Assembly: GCA_039588295.1 (NCBI GenBank)
Contig: JBDHAB010000036.1
Location: forward strand, 1 to 47,496
Direction: 5' to 3'
Origin: Gemmatimonadota bacterium
GTDB lineage: Bacteria; Gemmatimonadota; Gemmatimonadetes; Gemmatimonadales; GWC2-71-9
DNA: 47,496 bases
Positions 38,640-47,384 of this stretch are shown here, one piece after another (within the stretch, counting starts at the first letter, position 1; each line of letters starts with the position of its first letter). Below the pieces are notes generated by a model. The model was given only the letters and a program-made list of their open reading frames with translations. It was not told where the DNA came from and searched no databases. The translations under genes and the position numbers were made by a program.

Positions 38640-38662
38640 GCATGTTAGACACCAGCCCAATC

Positions 38663-38938
38663 TCACTTGCGTTTCCGCCTCGCACGCACCTCGCGCAACT
38701 GAGCATGTACACGGCCCGCGGACACGGCCATGGCGATCGCTTGGACGGCGCCAATCTCGTCGTCGGTGATGCCTTCGTCCTTGGCCACGCCAAGGTAGGA
38801 GTCCATTCAGGGATAGCAGCCCACCGCCATGGCAGTTGCCAAGTGGATCATGAGCGTTGTCTTCGGCTCGAGGATCTTGTTGTGTCGAGCTGATTCATAG
38901 AAGGCCGCGTACGCCTGCTTCTGCTCTTCCGGTAGCAT
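38663..38938 (-). CDS. Cassette: AhpD/carboxymuconolactone-decarboxylase-like selenoprotein (CxxU), 91 aa
   Basis: Hand translation MLPEEQKQAYAAFYESARHNKILEPKTTLMIHLATAMAVGCYP-UGA-MDSYLGVAKDEGITDDEIGAVQAIAMAVSAGRVHAQLREVRARRKRK*. In-frame TGA at 38809-38807; GAGG RBS; R'' box GTCTAAC follows the stop. Confidence 0.82.
38779..38795 (-). promoter_or_regulatory. Putative bacterial SECIS hairpin
   Basis: CCUUGGC-GUG-GCCAAGG: perfect 7-bp stem; the loop starts with G, 18 nt after the UGA. Confidence 0.72.
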
Positions 38939-38959
38939 GGTGTTCCCTCGCGGAGTGCC

Positions 38960-39087
38960 GTCCAACGATTCGCGCCCAAGCTGCTGGCGGAATGACTCAC
39001 CATGGGAGAAGATGGGGACCGAAGTAGGAGGCTGTCCAGCTACACGATCGTGGTATCTCGGAAACAGCAGCGCGCCAGTTGGTGGAC
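38960..39087 (-). repeat. Degenerate attC site
   Basis: R' GTTGGAC intact; the R'' side is mutated with an internal deletion relative to the 45771 site; shares CATGGGAGAAGATG with the 47267 site. Confidence 0.65.
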
Positions 39088-39130
39088 AGGTCGAGCGCGG
39101 CGCGACTCGACGGGGCGCAGGGCCAAGTGC

Positions 39131-39586
39131 CTAGCGGACGAACACCACGGTGACACCGACCTTGAGTACGAGCGACCAGTCGAAGTCCTCGAACGGTAGG
39201 GTGGACGCTATCAAGACGAACGATGTTCGCGGCACCGGTAGCGGGACGACGGTCGAGCTCACAAGCATGGGGTAGGGTCGGTAATCGTTCGTCTCCAGCC
39301 ACAGCAAACCGACACCCAGGCCCGCAAACGCGCGCCCCACATGAACGACCGGCCGCTCTGCGGCGGAGATGATGGTGGGCTTCGTGCTCTCGTCAGTCCA
39401 GGACAACGTCACATAGGCCCTGGCCCCGACCAGTGGAGGAGTCTCGCCATGCAACTCGGCCACCGGTTCGGTCGAGCGCTTGGTCACGAGCACACCGCCT
39501 CCGATGGTGAGCAGCTGTGCCGACGCTACCGTGGGAAAGACCAGCCACGAGAGCCCGCAGAGCAGTACTGCGCCCGTAGATGGCAT
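39131..39586 (-). CDS. Cassette: exported beta-strand protein, possibly a small outer-membrane barrel
   Basis: Signal peptide ending ASA-Q; alternating beta pattern ending WSLVLKVGVTVVFVR; the track start is 39667. Confidence 0.6.
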   Translation of the reverse strand: MPSTGAVLLCGLSWLVFPTVASAQLLTIGGGVLVTKRSTEPVAELHGETPPLVGARAYVTLSWTDESTKPTIISAAERPVVHVGRAFAGLGVGLLWLETNDYRPYPMLVSSTVVPLPVPRTSFVLIASTLPFEDFDWSLVLKVGVTVVFVR

Positions 39587-39684
39587 TCCTCCCCCGACCG
39601 CACAACGCGCGCTGCGTTTCAGTCGTTGGAGCACCTTGTGTCTGGTCGTCAATACCAAGCTCGACAAGCTGGAGTAGAGCCAGC

Positions 39685-39821
39685 GTCTAACGGTTCGCGG
39701 CTAAGCTGCGCGCGCACTCCGTCGTCGCGCAAGCGGAAGCCAAACGGTCGCGAATAGTCGTGCGGAGGACAGCCATCCCTTCCCCGACTCACGCCGCGGC
39801 AGCTTCAGGCGCGTGTCGGGC
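39685..39821 (-). repeat. attC site (R'' mutated)
   Basis: Plus strand GTCTAAC GGTTCGCGGCTAAGCTGC ... GCAGCTTCAGGCGCGT GTCGGGC. Confidence 0.8.
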
Positions 39822-39964
39822 AGCACGGACTTGGGCCCACTGACTCGCTAAGAGATGCAACTGCGGTGTCCCATCGCCTGGGGTTGCGATCCGACCTCTA
39901 GATATCTTCGTTTCTCTCCTACCCCGGACCTTCCATTGGACCGTTCGCCGGAGCGCTCGAGGTT

Positions 39965-40246
39965 ATGATGCTCGCCATCCTGATCGCCATTACAGTCATT
40001 TCCGTTGCTGGAATTGCCGGCTGGGCGACCGTGGCAAGCGCCCACGCGCTCGGCCGGAGCCGGAGAGCCGGGACGGATCCTGAGTCGTCGCGGCGACTTG
40101 ACGAGCTTTCCGCGGCAGTGGCGGAACTCCGTGCAGACCTAGACCAACTGGCCAACCAGCAGGAGGCCGACCGTCAGGTCCTCGAGGAGCGATTGGATTT
40201 CGCGGAGCGGCTGCTTACACGAGCCCGCGACCGTGAAGCGCCGTAG
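39965..40246 (+). CDS. Small membrane-anchored coiled-coil protein
   Basis: GAGG RBS; N-terminal TM; LEERLDFAERLL coiled coil. Confidence 0.7.
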   Translation: MMLAILIAITVISVAGIAGWATVASAHALGRSRRAGTDPESSRRLDELSAAVAELRADLDQLANQQEADRQVLEERLDFAERLLTRARDREAP

Positions 40247-40312
40247 GTCGCCTCACACGCTCGACTGAGCCTCCGGACCATCTCCGCCCCCCACGTCAGC
40301 AGGAAGCGCATG

Positions 40313-41614
40313 TTAGCTGGTACCCTCGGCCGTCGTTGGCTTCATGATCCCGAAGACTTGCAGGTACTGGACCTCGAGTTCGTCCAGATAGATGCCCATG
40401 ACGTAGTCACTGCCGATCTCGAGGATCCGTATCGGCGGAAGCTGTAGGGGTCCGAGGAGCTTGCCGGTCCGATCGAACACGAGGTACTCGGTTGACTCGG
40501 ATCCGTCGCTCGCCGTCGGTCCACGTCGTACCCAGAGGTTGCCGTTTCGATCGATCACAAGCTGCGAATACTCAGGGCGTTCGACGGGCACAGGAATCTG
40601 CGCGACCAGTCGCCTCGCCTCGTCCGGGCTGAGCTTCTGCCTGTAGAGCTCGGTCGTCGACTCGCGCCACGCCACCACCTCCCGCTCATTGTCTCGAACC
40701 GCGATCGGTTTCTCTCGCCACCGAAGAGCAGTGGCAGATCCGTCCCGTTCGAAGCATCGGACCTCCGGCCCTTCCTGGTCACCGATGCACACCCTGGGCT
40801 CAGTGGATTGGACCGCGATCGAAGTGTTCTTGGCAAGAGCCGGAACGACGGGCAGCGGCCCCCACGGCGACTCGACCAACACCTGCTCGACGTCACCGAA
40901 GAGCAGGACGGTGTCGATCACGGAGTAGTCGGGAGATACACGCAACGCGCCGCTTCCCGGTCGAAACCGGCCCGCGGCAGGGAGGTCCCTGCTCTTCTCG
41001 ATGAGACGGACCAACAGCTCTCCACTGCTCAGGAACAGCGCTGACCCAGGATAGAGAGGGGCGGTAACAGCCTTAGCGATCCTCGCGCGGCTAAACGAAT
41101 GGACCCCGGCGAGGTTGCCGGCCGAATCGAATCTGGTGAGTCGGTATGCGATGTCATCCCAGACGAGAATGGAGTCCTCGGCCTGAATGAGGATCTGCGT
41201 CGCACTCTGGAACTCGCCGGGACCCGAGCCGGCGCCTCCCACGATCCTCTTGAAGACCCCGTCGGGACTGTAGAGTCGGACTGTGCGCGCCCCGGCGTCG
41301 GCCACGACAAAGTCGCCATCCGTCTGACGTGCAGCTGCTGAGATGTCGAAGAACTGGTACGCCTCGTCGCCGTCCCGGACCCCGATGGTCTGCTGGGGCT
41401 GCGCAGGCACGCTCCAGGCCTCGCCTGCCTCCCACTGCGCCTTGTGGCTCTCTACGATGGTGACATCGGCTGCGTCCCCATCCGTCACCGACGCAGGTGG
41501 AGGCGGCTCGGAATCGCAGCCATGCATCGCGATCGTGGCGACCAGGATGAGACGGCGGAGGCGCAAGCAGGACGCCGGTACGGGGCTCCTAGTCAAGGGA
41601 CTCCATAGGCCCAC
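40313..41614 (-). CDS. Exported 6-bladed beta-propeller (NHL-like) lipoprotein
   Basis: IGVRDGDEAYQF, GGAGSGPGEF, IDRNGNLWV and YLVFDRTGKLLG motifs; HG-C lipobox-like; start uncertain. Confidence 0.75.
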   Translation of the reverse strand: MGLWSPLTRSPVPASCLRLRRLILVATIAMHGCDSEPPPPASVTDGDAADVTIVESHKAQWEAGEAWSVPAQPQQTIGVRDGDEAYQFFDISAAARQTDGDFVVADAGARTVRLYSPDGVFKRIVGGAGSGPGEFQSATQILIQAEDSILVWDDIAYRLTRFDSAGNLAGVHSFSRARIAKAVTAPLYPGSALFLSSGELLVRLIEKSRDLPAAGRFRPGSGALRVSPDYSVIDTVLLFGDVEQVLVESPWGPLPVVPALAKNTSIAVQSTEPRVCIGDQEGPEVRCFERDGSATALRWREKPIAVRDNEREVVAWRESTTELYRQKLSPDEARRLVAQIPVPVERPEYSQLVIDRNGNLWVRRGPTASDGSESTEYLVFDRTGKLLGPLQLPPIRILEIGSDYVMGIYLDELEVQYLQVFGIMKPTTAEGTS

Positions 41615-41615
41615 A

Positions 41616-43130
41616 TCACCAAACGAATCCACGGTCTCGAATGTAGGACTGATAGTCGTAGGCGCTGCCCTTCCAGACGCGTTCCTGCGTTTCGAAGTCC
41701 ACGTAGACTATTCCAAATCGCCGTCGAAAGCCGAATATCCACTCGAAATTGTCGAAACACGACCAGAGATAGTATCGCTTCAGGTTTACGCCTTGCTGGA
41801 TAGCCCGGTGTGCTGCCACAAGATGTCGTTTGATGTAGTCGCGGCGCAGCGTGTCGTTGATCTTGCCGTCCACCAACGTGTCATCAACAGCCCCGAATCC
41901 CGCACCGTTCTCGGTGATGTAGATGAGCGGCTTCCCGTAGTCCCGATCGACACGCACCAGTAGATCATAGAGCCCATCCGGGTAGACCTCGCCATTGAAC
42001 GCCGGCTGCTCGTCTGGGTTTGGCAGACGTTCGAAGCCAAAATGAGGCGACGCGGGAGCGGCCCTGACCCGGGTGGGGGCGTAGTAGTTGACGCCGAGAA
42101 AATCGACCCGGCTTTCGCCGATCCGCTCCATATCGCCATCCCGAATCCCGACATCCGAATGAGCGGAATAGAGCGCGAGGATGTCCTCCGGATACTCGCC
42201 TTTCAGGACGGGATCCAGGAACCAACGATTGTGTAGCCCGTCGGCTACGTGTGCCGCCGCCGCATCGTTCTCGCTGTTTGTTGCCGGATACGTCGGTGAG
42301 ATGCTGAGAGTGATCCCGATGTTGCCCCCCATCCCCAGTGCGCGGTAGATCCGGACCGCGCGTGCATGCGCGAGCATCCAGTGATGGCTAGCGATCGCCT
42401 GACCGGCCTGCAGGTCTGTGGGCATGGCGAAATAATCTTCAACGGGTTGGATCTCGGGATCGAGGAAGCTACGGATGGCACCGCCGATGATAAAGACGTC
42501 GATGAAAGGCTCATTAAACGTAATCCAGGTGTTTACGCGATCACCAAGAGCCTCGAACATCAGTCTGGCGTAATTGCCGAACCACTCCACGGATTCACGA
42601 TTGTGCCAGCCGCCGCGATCGGCTAATGCCTGGGGCAGATCCCAATGAAACAGGGTTACGACTGGCTCGATGCCCGCAGCAAGAAGCTCGTCGACCAGAC
42701 GGCTATAGTAGTCGATGCCAGCGCGGTTAACCTCTCCGGTACCCTGCGGCAGGACTCGACTCCAGGCAATGGAGAATCGGTAGCTTTGAATGCCCATCTC
42801 CCTCATCAATGCAACGTCTTCGACATACCGATGGTACTGATCGATCGCTACATTGGCAGTTTCTCCGCCCGAAAGGTTGTAGACGTTGGTGTAGGTATCC
42901 CACACCGATCGGCCTTTGCCGCCTTCCTGCCAAGCGCCCTCTACTTGGTAAGCCGACGTGGCAGTGCCCCACACGAAGTCATCGGGAAAGCGAATAGCCT
43001 GCGCAGCCGGCTCAGTTTCTGTCCTCATGGTGCAAGCGAAACTCAGACTTGCGAATACCGCAGTCAAGTAGGCTCTTCCTCGCAGGCGCACCGCTGTATG
43101 GGGTTCTCTCGTGACTCGCGGATGATGCAT
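41616..43130 (-). CDS. GH1 beta-glucosidase with a lipoprotein-like signal
   Basis: FVWGTATSAYQVEG, YRFSIAWSR, TFNEP, ITENG and DNFEW motifs; N-terminal LTAVFASLSFA-C. Confidence 0.93.
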   Translation of the reverse strand: MHHPRVTREPHTAVRLRGRAYLTAVFASLSFACTMRTETEPAAQAIRFPDDFVWGTATSAYQVEGAWQEGGKGRSVWDTYTNVYNLSGGETANVAIDQYHRYVEDVALMREMGIQSYRFSIAWSRVLPQGTGEVNRAGIDYYSRLVDELLAAGIEPVVTLFHWDLPQALADRGGWHNRESVEWFGNYARLMFEALGDRVNTWITFNEPFIDVFIIGGAIRSFLDPEIQPVEDYFAMPTDLQAGQAIASHHWMLAHARAVRIYRALGMGGNIGITLSISPTYPATNSENDAAAAHVADGLHNRWFLDPVLKGEYPEDILALYSAHSDVGIRDGDMERIGESRVDFLGVNYYAPTRVRAAPASPHFGFERLPNPDEQPAFNGEVYPDGLYDLLVRVDRDYGKPLIYITENGAGFGAVDDTLVDGKINDTLRRDYIKRHLVAAHRAIQQGVNLKRYYLWSCFDNFEWIFGFRRRFGIVYVDFETQERVWKGSAYDYQSYIRDRGFVW

Positions 43131-43208
43131 GATCGTTCCTCTCAGAAGCTGGACTGCCGAGATACCGAGGCGCAACAGCCGCAACCGCCTGTCAGGCGGT
43201 GCGTTGGA

Positions 43209-43703
43209 TCACCCTCCCCGCGGAACGGGTGCTGATGAGTGTCCGTTGAGGATGCGCCAACCGCCGGGCTCGTGCACCCAGAGCACGGTGAGCGCGCCGC
43301 CAAAGTCGAACCGCGCACCGCCACCGTCGGAAAAGGTCGTCTCGAACATGGTGCTCGCGAGTGCAAGCCCCGGCGCGAGGGCCTGGATCTCCGTGTCCCG
43401 GTAGTTGGTGGTAATACGCATGTCGGCCGGAAGGTTCGCGAGTGCGGAGCGCACCTCCGCCGCCGAACCATACTGGAGCTGGCCGCTCTCAAAGAAGCGA
43501 AACGTGGGTGCGTCAGAGTAGAAAGCCCCAAGCGAGTCCCACTCGGCTGCCGCCGAGTACTGTCGGAATTGGCTCAGTGCGGCGGCGACACTGTCCCGGA
43601 TCGCCTCGGCGTGTGCGTCGGTCAGGCGGTGCGAGGAGTACTGGCAGCCGGTGTTCACCAACAACCCCACGAGTAGGGTCGCGACGCTCGCTTTGCAGCG
43701 CAT
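43209..43703 (-). CDS. Cassette: NTF2/SnoaL-like (DUF4440-type) lipoprotein
   Basis: Lipobox NTG-C; TVLWVHEPGGWRILNGHSS; starts 34 nt after the attC core. Confidence 0.8.
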   Translation of the reverse strand: MRCKASVATLLVGLLVNTGCQYSSHRLTDAHAEAIRDSVAAALSQFRQYSAAAEWDSLGAFYSDAPTFRFFESGQLQYGSAAEVRSALANLPADMRITTNYRDTEIQALAPGLALASTMFETTFSDGGGARFDFGGALTVLWVHEPGGWRILNGHSSAPVPRGG

Positions 43704-43737
43704 GAGAATCTCCGAGAAGGAATGTCCTAGGGCGCCC

Positions 43738-43811
43738 GCCTAACGGTTCCGCTAAGCGACGGGGCCAAAGCGAGCAGTAGGACAGCCGTCCGCTTCAGCC
43801 GGTAGTTAGGC
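43738..43811 (-). repeat. Intact short attC site (74 bp)
   Basis: Minus strand GCCTAAC TACCGGCTGAAGCG...CGCTTAGCGGAACC GTTAGGC, with complementary R boxes and an extra base on the L'' side. Confidence 0.9.
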
Positions 43812-44097
43812 GGCATTCAGTCCTCTTCTTACCACGTTGGCTATCCGTTACGGATTCGACTTGGAGAACTAGTCCACTACGGTTCTTGGATCGGAGTAAT
43901 CCCGTGGAGAGCAACATGACCCGCTTCGTCAATATCCCGGTTCTCCAAACCGTACATAAAGTACAGAAAATCAAGCGGGGCGGCGCAGAATACTTGGTGT
44001 GAGTTTCATCGATGCATCTGTAGCTAGTGCTCTAAAGAACTCAACACGGCACTCTCGCGAGAACTAGCCGCCGTCTGATAACCGTCGGTGCCTCTTG

Positions 44098-45216
44098 CTA
44101 CTCAGGGACGGCCAGATAGACTCGGGCCGCGCGGCCAGAGTAGTCGAGAACGACGAGGTCGTCTCGACCGTCTGCATTGAGATCGGCGACCGCAAGTCCC
44201 CAGGGATTTTCACCTCCAGCAACTTCGGACGTGCGAATCTCCTCCTCTGCACCGAGCAGGATAAGGACTCCCGAGGTGCTGAAGTTCTGAATTGCCGCAT
44301 CGGACCGCCCGTCGGCATTGAAGTCCCCAACCGCAATGCCCTTGGCACCCGATGGCATCTCCATCTCAAACCAGGTGTCACTGGAGAAGAACCCTTTGCC
44401 ATCGCCTCGGTGAACGCGTACGGTCCCGGGTTCGGTGGCCAAGATGAGATCCAGTGCTTCGTCTCCGTTCAGGTCTCCAATTGCCACCGCAAAGGGTCTA
44501 TCGGCGGAAATGGTCCTGGGCTCTCCGAAGTCAGTGTCGGATGTTCCGAGCACAACGGCGATTTCGCTACGATTGGGCGTAACGAGATCGGACCGGCCAT
44601 CACCGTTCAAGTCTCCCAGGGCCATTCCCCGATACGGATCGCCGCCCACTGCAATACGAGTCGCTGATTGGGCGAACGCGCCGGCGCCCAACCCGTGCAA
44701 GACTATGATGCTCTCGCCTACTCTGTCATCGACCAGGAGGTCGAGGTGACCATCCAAATCCAGGTCAGAAGCGAGAACCGCGTGGGGATGCGGACCAATG
44801 TCCACACTCAGCGGGGACTGGTCAGCGGGCTCGAGTCCGCCGCTCCCGTCGTTCAAGAGAAGGGTGAGATAGAGCGTTTCGTGATTGGCGACCGCAACGT
44901 CAAGATCCCCGTCTTGGTCCAAGTCTCCCAGTGCCAGGTCAACCGGGTTCTCGCCAGCCGGGGAATCGTCGACTATGGTGAACTCATCTGTCCCCTGACC
45001 CCGCAGAACCGTCACGGTGCCGCTCACCGTGTTTGCCACGACCAGGTCCTGGTGCCCATCTCCGTTCATATCACCTGCGGCGACCGCCGAGGGAGCCTCG
45101 CCAACGGTCAGACGAGCGGCGAGAACGAACAGGTCAGGGGCCTGCTCGGCGGAGACTTGGCAACCTGAGGCTGCAAGCACCAGAGCGCCAAGCAAGGTGT
45201 GACGTCGAGGAGTCAT
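44098..45216 (-). CDS. FG-GAP/VCBS repeat lipoprotein
   Basis: Seven DxNxDG-type repeats; lipobox ASG-C; ATG 45216. Confidence 0.85.
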   Translation of the reverse strand: MTPRRHTLLGALVLAASGCQVSAEQAPDLFVLAARLTVGEAPSAVAAGDMNGDGHQDLVVANTVSGTVTVLRGQGTDEFTIVDDSPAGENPVDLALGDLDQDGDLDVAVANHETLYLTLLLNDGSGGLEPADQSPLSVDIGPHPHAVLASDLDLDGHLDLLVDDRVGESIIVLHGLGAGAFAQSATRIAVGGDPYRGMALGDLNGDGRSDLVTPNRSEIAVVLGTSDTDFGEPRTISADRPFAVAIGDLNGDEALDLILATEPGTVRVHRGDGKGFFSSDTWFEMEMPSGAKGIAVGDFNADGRSDAAIQNFSTSGVLILLGAEEEIRTSEVAGGENPWGLAVADLNADGRDDLVVLDYSGRAARVYLAVPE

Positions 45217-45224
45217 GCGGTCCG

Positions 45225-45265
45225 TAGCAACGGGGCGCCTCCGCCGGTTCGTGCGTCTGTTAAGC
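45225..45265 (-). repeat. Truncated attC remnant
   Basis: R'' GCTTAAC lies 6 nt after the upstream stop; the rest is too short and the R' match is poor. Confidence 0.4.
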
Positions 45266-45271
45266 TGCAAC

Positions 45272-45760
45272 CTAGCCACCCCACTGCCACGCATCGCGAA
45301 ATACGACCGGCAACGAAGCCAGCAGTTCAACCTCCGCCGGCTCGAGTCGTACGAAGCCGCCAAACTCGTGCGTAATTGCCCCGAGCATCAACTCACCATA
45401 CCGATAGAACCGTGGATTCTCCAGCCACCCGTCCGTGGAGTACGTGGGCGCTTCGACGAGTCCATCCGGGAGATAGCGCTCCAAAACTGCGATCGACTCC
45501 GCCGAGAGCCGCCACAGCGGACACGTCCGAATCAAAGGCACGGTCTTCGAGAACTCCAGGTGCTCCCGCTCGCCATCCGGAAGGCGAAACGGTTCCAGTT
45601 CCTTCTCCAGTGCGTCGATGAATGGCGACGGCCCGACCTTGGGATCCACTCGCATCAGGTTGACCGAGAAATCGGTGGCGCCCTGTCCGTGGACCCATGG
45701 AACGAGTTCCCATGTCTCGCGTCCGAGATTGTCTGAGCCGAAAAAGAACTTCTCAATCAC
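45272..45760 (-). CDS. Cassette: hypothetical protein, 162 aa
   Basis: GTG start 10 nt after the attC core; stop followed by an R'' box. Confidence 0.7.
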   Translation of the reverse strand: MIEKFFFGSDNLGRETWELVPWVHGQGATDFSVNLMRVDPKVGPSPFIDALEKELEPFRLPDGEREHLEFSKTVPLIRTCPLWRLSAESIAVLERYLPDGLVEAPTYSTDGWLENPRFYRYGELMLGAITHEFGGFVRLEPAEVELLASLPVVFRDAWQWGG

Positions 45761-45770
45761 TCGGGTTTCC

Positions 45771-45910
45771 GCCTAACGGCGCGCGCCTAAGCTGCGTGCG
45801 TGCTCCTCACTGGCTTCTTGATGCCTCAGACAACAGTGATGTTGCTTGGCTCACAAACCAACGACCTTCCTCTTTGACCTCGCGCCGGCAGCTTCATGCG
45901 CTTGTTGGAC
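45771..45910 (-). repeat. attC site (140 bp)
   Basis: Plus strand GCCTAAC GGCGCGCGCCTAAGCTGC ... GCAGCTTCATGCGCTT GTTGGAC. Confidence 0.88.
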
Positions 45911-45945
45911 AGCGCCCTCCACGACGCGCCCCGCCGAAGCGCGCG

Positions 45946-46482
45946 TTACTTCTGCGATTGGAGGCGCAGCGCTTTCTCCAAGTCTGGGTTCGGTACCCAG
46001 CGACCGTCTATGATGACCTCTCGATCCCAGGGGAATAGAACCAGAGCATCCGTCCGCAGAACCGTGATGTCCGGCGCGGGCTGCGCCCACGAATGGCCTA
46101 CGAGGGCCGCAGTCACAACCGACGAGGCGCCGTGCGCGGAGACCTCCTGGCGAACCATTTCAAGGGTTTCTCCGGTATCTGCGATTTCGTCGATCACCAC
46201 AACACACTTCCCCTTGACATGGTCCGTGACTGGCACCCGCCAAACAGGGTGGGAATGCCGTACCTCATCGCCTTCCCGACGGGACAGACGAACCGGAAAG
46301 AACTCACAGCGGAGAGTGCACGCGACTGCAGTAGCGGGGAACAAACCCGAGCGAGCTACTCCAACCACGAGCTCGATTCTCCGTGCGTCCAGCTTCAGTG
46401 CCAGATCGCGTGCGAGTTCACCAAACCTCTCCCACGAAATCGGTTCAACGCCGTCGCGATGCGAGTAGTCGTAGCTATGCAT
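45946..46482 (-). CDS. Type I phosphoribosyltransferase
   Basis: VGVARSGLFPA, PRPP-binding loop VVVIDEIADTGETL, and VLFPWD. Confidence 0.88.
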   Translation of the reverse strand: MHSYDYSHRDGVEPISWERFGELARDLALKLDARRIELVVGVARSGLFPATAVACTLRCEFFPVRLSRREGDEVRHSHPVWRVPVTDHVKGKCVVVIDEIADTGETLEMVRQEVSAHGASSVVTAALVGHSWAQPAPDITVLRTDALVLFPWDREVIIDGRWVPNPDLEKALRLQSQK

Positions 46483-46560
46483 GCTAGACTCGATTACAGC
46501 ATGGCCCGGGGGGGGTCATGCCGAGGAACACCATTCCGGAACTGCAGCCCTGCGCGACTC

Positions 46561-47259
46561 TCACTGTTCCAACATCGGTAGGACGGTTGATGCTATTCTC
46601 GTTTCTCCGCCGCGCTTGAAGCGGAAATCGCATCGACTGCCGCCTTCGGCGAGCGTGGTGGTACGGATGAGCCCCCATCCAAGGGCTTCGCTGGACACCT
46701 GGTCGAGGGCACAGATATAGGGTGCCAGTTCCGGCGTTCCTTGGGACTTGAGAAAGCTCAAAACAGCGCATTCGAGATAGTCTACGCCAAAGTCAAAGCG
46801 CTGTGTTTCTCCCTCAACATACTCGTATACAAAGTCTCCGCATTGACGGTGCTTCTGCGACTGTTTCGCCCGGCGACTCAACCGCTTCCGCAACAGCTTG
46901 GAGAACCACACCAATTCGATGACCCGCGCGGCGACCCGGGGAAGTGATCGGACGTAAGCAGCGGTCAAGGCATAGGCAAACTCCCCGGCCTCACGTACAG
47001 GCTTTCGGCTCTGAGGCAGAGCCCGATAGAACGCGAGAGACCAGCCCGTTGTGATGATGAACTGGGTGAATGGTTGCCTGCCTTGAAGGTCAGGGAGCTC
47101 GGGTATGAGGCGAGCGTACTCCTGACGCGCGTCTGTGACCAGGTTGCGGGCCAGCACCGGACCGTACCGAGCGTTCAGAAAACTCCGCATGCGTTTCGCG
47201 GCGCGGTCGAAACCGCGCAAGAGCCTCGCCGTACGGCGTCGATCGGGTCCCGTCCTCAT
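46561..47259 (-). CDS. L-2-amino-thiazoline-4-carboxylic acid hydrolase-like family protein
   Basis: DYLECA...PELAPYICALD...LIRTTTLAEGGSRCDFRF; starts 7 nt after the attC core. Confidence 0.78.
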   Translation of the reverse strand: MRTGPDRRRTARLLRGFDRAAKRMRSFLNARYGPVLARNLVTDARQEYARLIPELPDLQGRQPFTQFIITTGWSLAFYRALPQSRKPVREAGEFAYALTAAYVRSLPRVAARVIELVWFSKLLRKRLSRRAKQSQKHRQCGDFVYEYVEGETQRFDFGVDYLECAVLSFLKSQGTPELAPYICALDQVSSEALGWGLIRTTTLAEGGSRCDFRFKRGGETRIASTVLPMLEQ

Positions 47260-47266
47260 CCTCGCC

Positions 47267-47384
47267 GTCTAACCCTCAGCGCCTCAGCTGCGTGCGTGAT
47301 CGATCATCATGGGAGAAGATGCAGCCCGAGCGCCGGGTCCGTCCAGCCGAGTGAACACAGCTTCCTTCGAATCGGCAGCGCGCG
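47267..47384 (-). repeat. attC site interrupted by an IS
   Basis: R' GTTAGAC intact; homologous to the 38960 site until it breaks at GCAGCGCGCG. Confidence 0.7.

Larger units (their letters stand above)
37814..47384 (-). mobile_element. Integron gene-cassette array (attC cluster; no intI in the window)
   Basis: Related attC-like palindromes between minus-strand ORFs, most of which start 7-35 nt after a GTTRRRY core. Confidence 0.85.

Noticed and set aside
43168..43209. attC between the NTF2 and GH1 genes
   Set aside because: Has ATCCAAC and a palindrome but is only about 40 bp with a poor R' box; too short to call.
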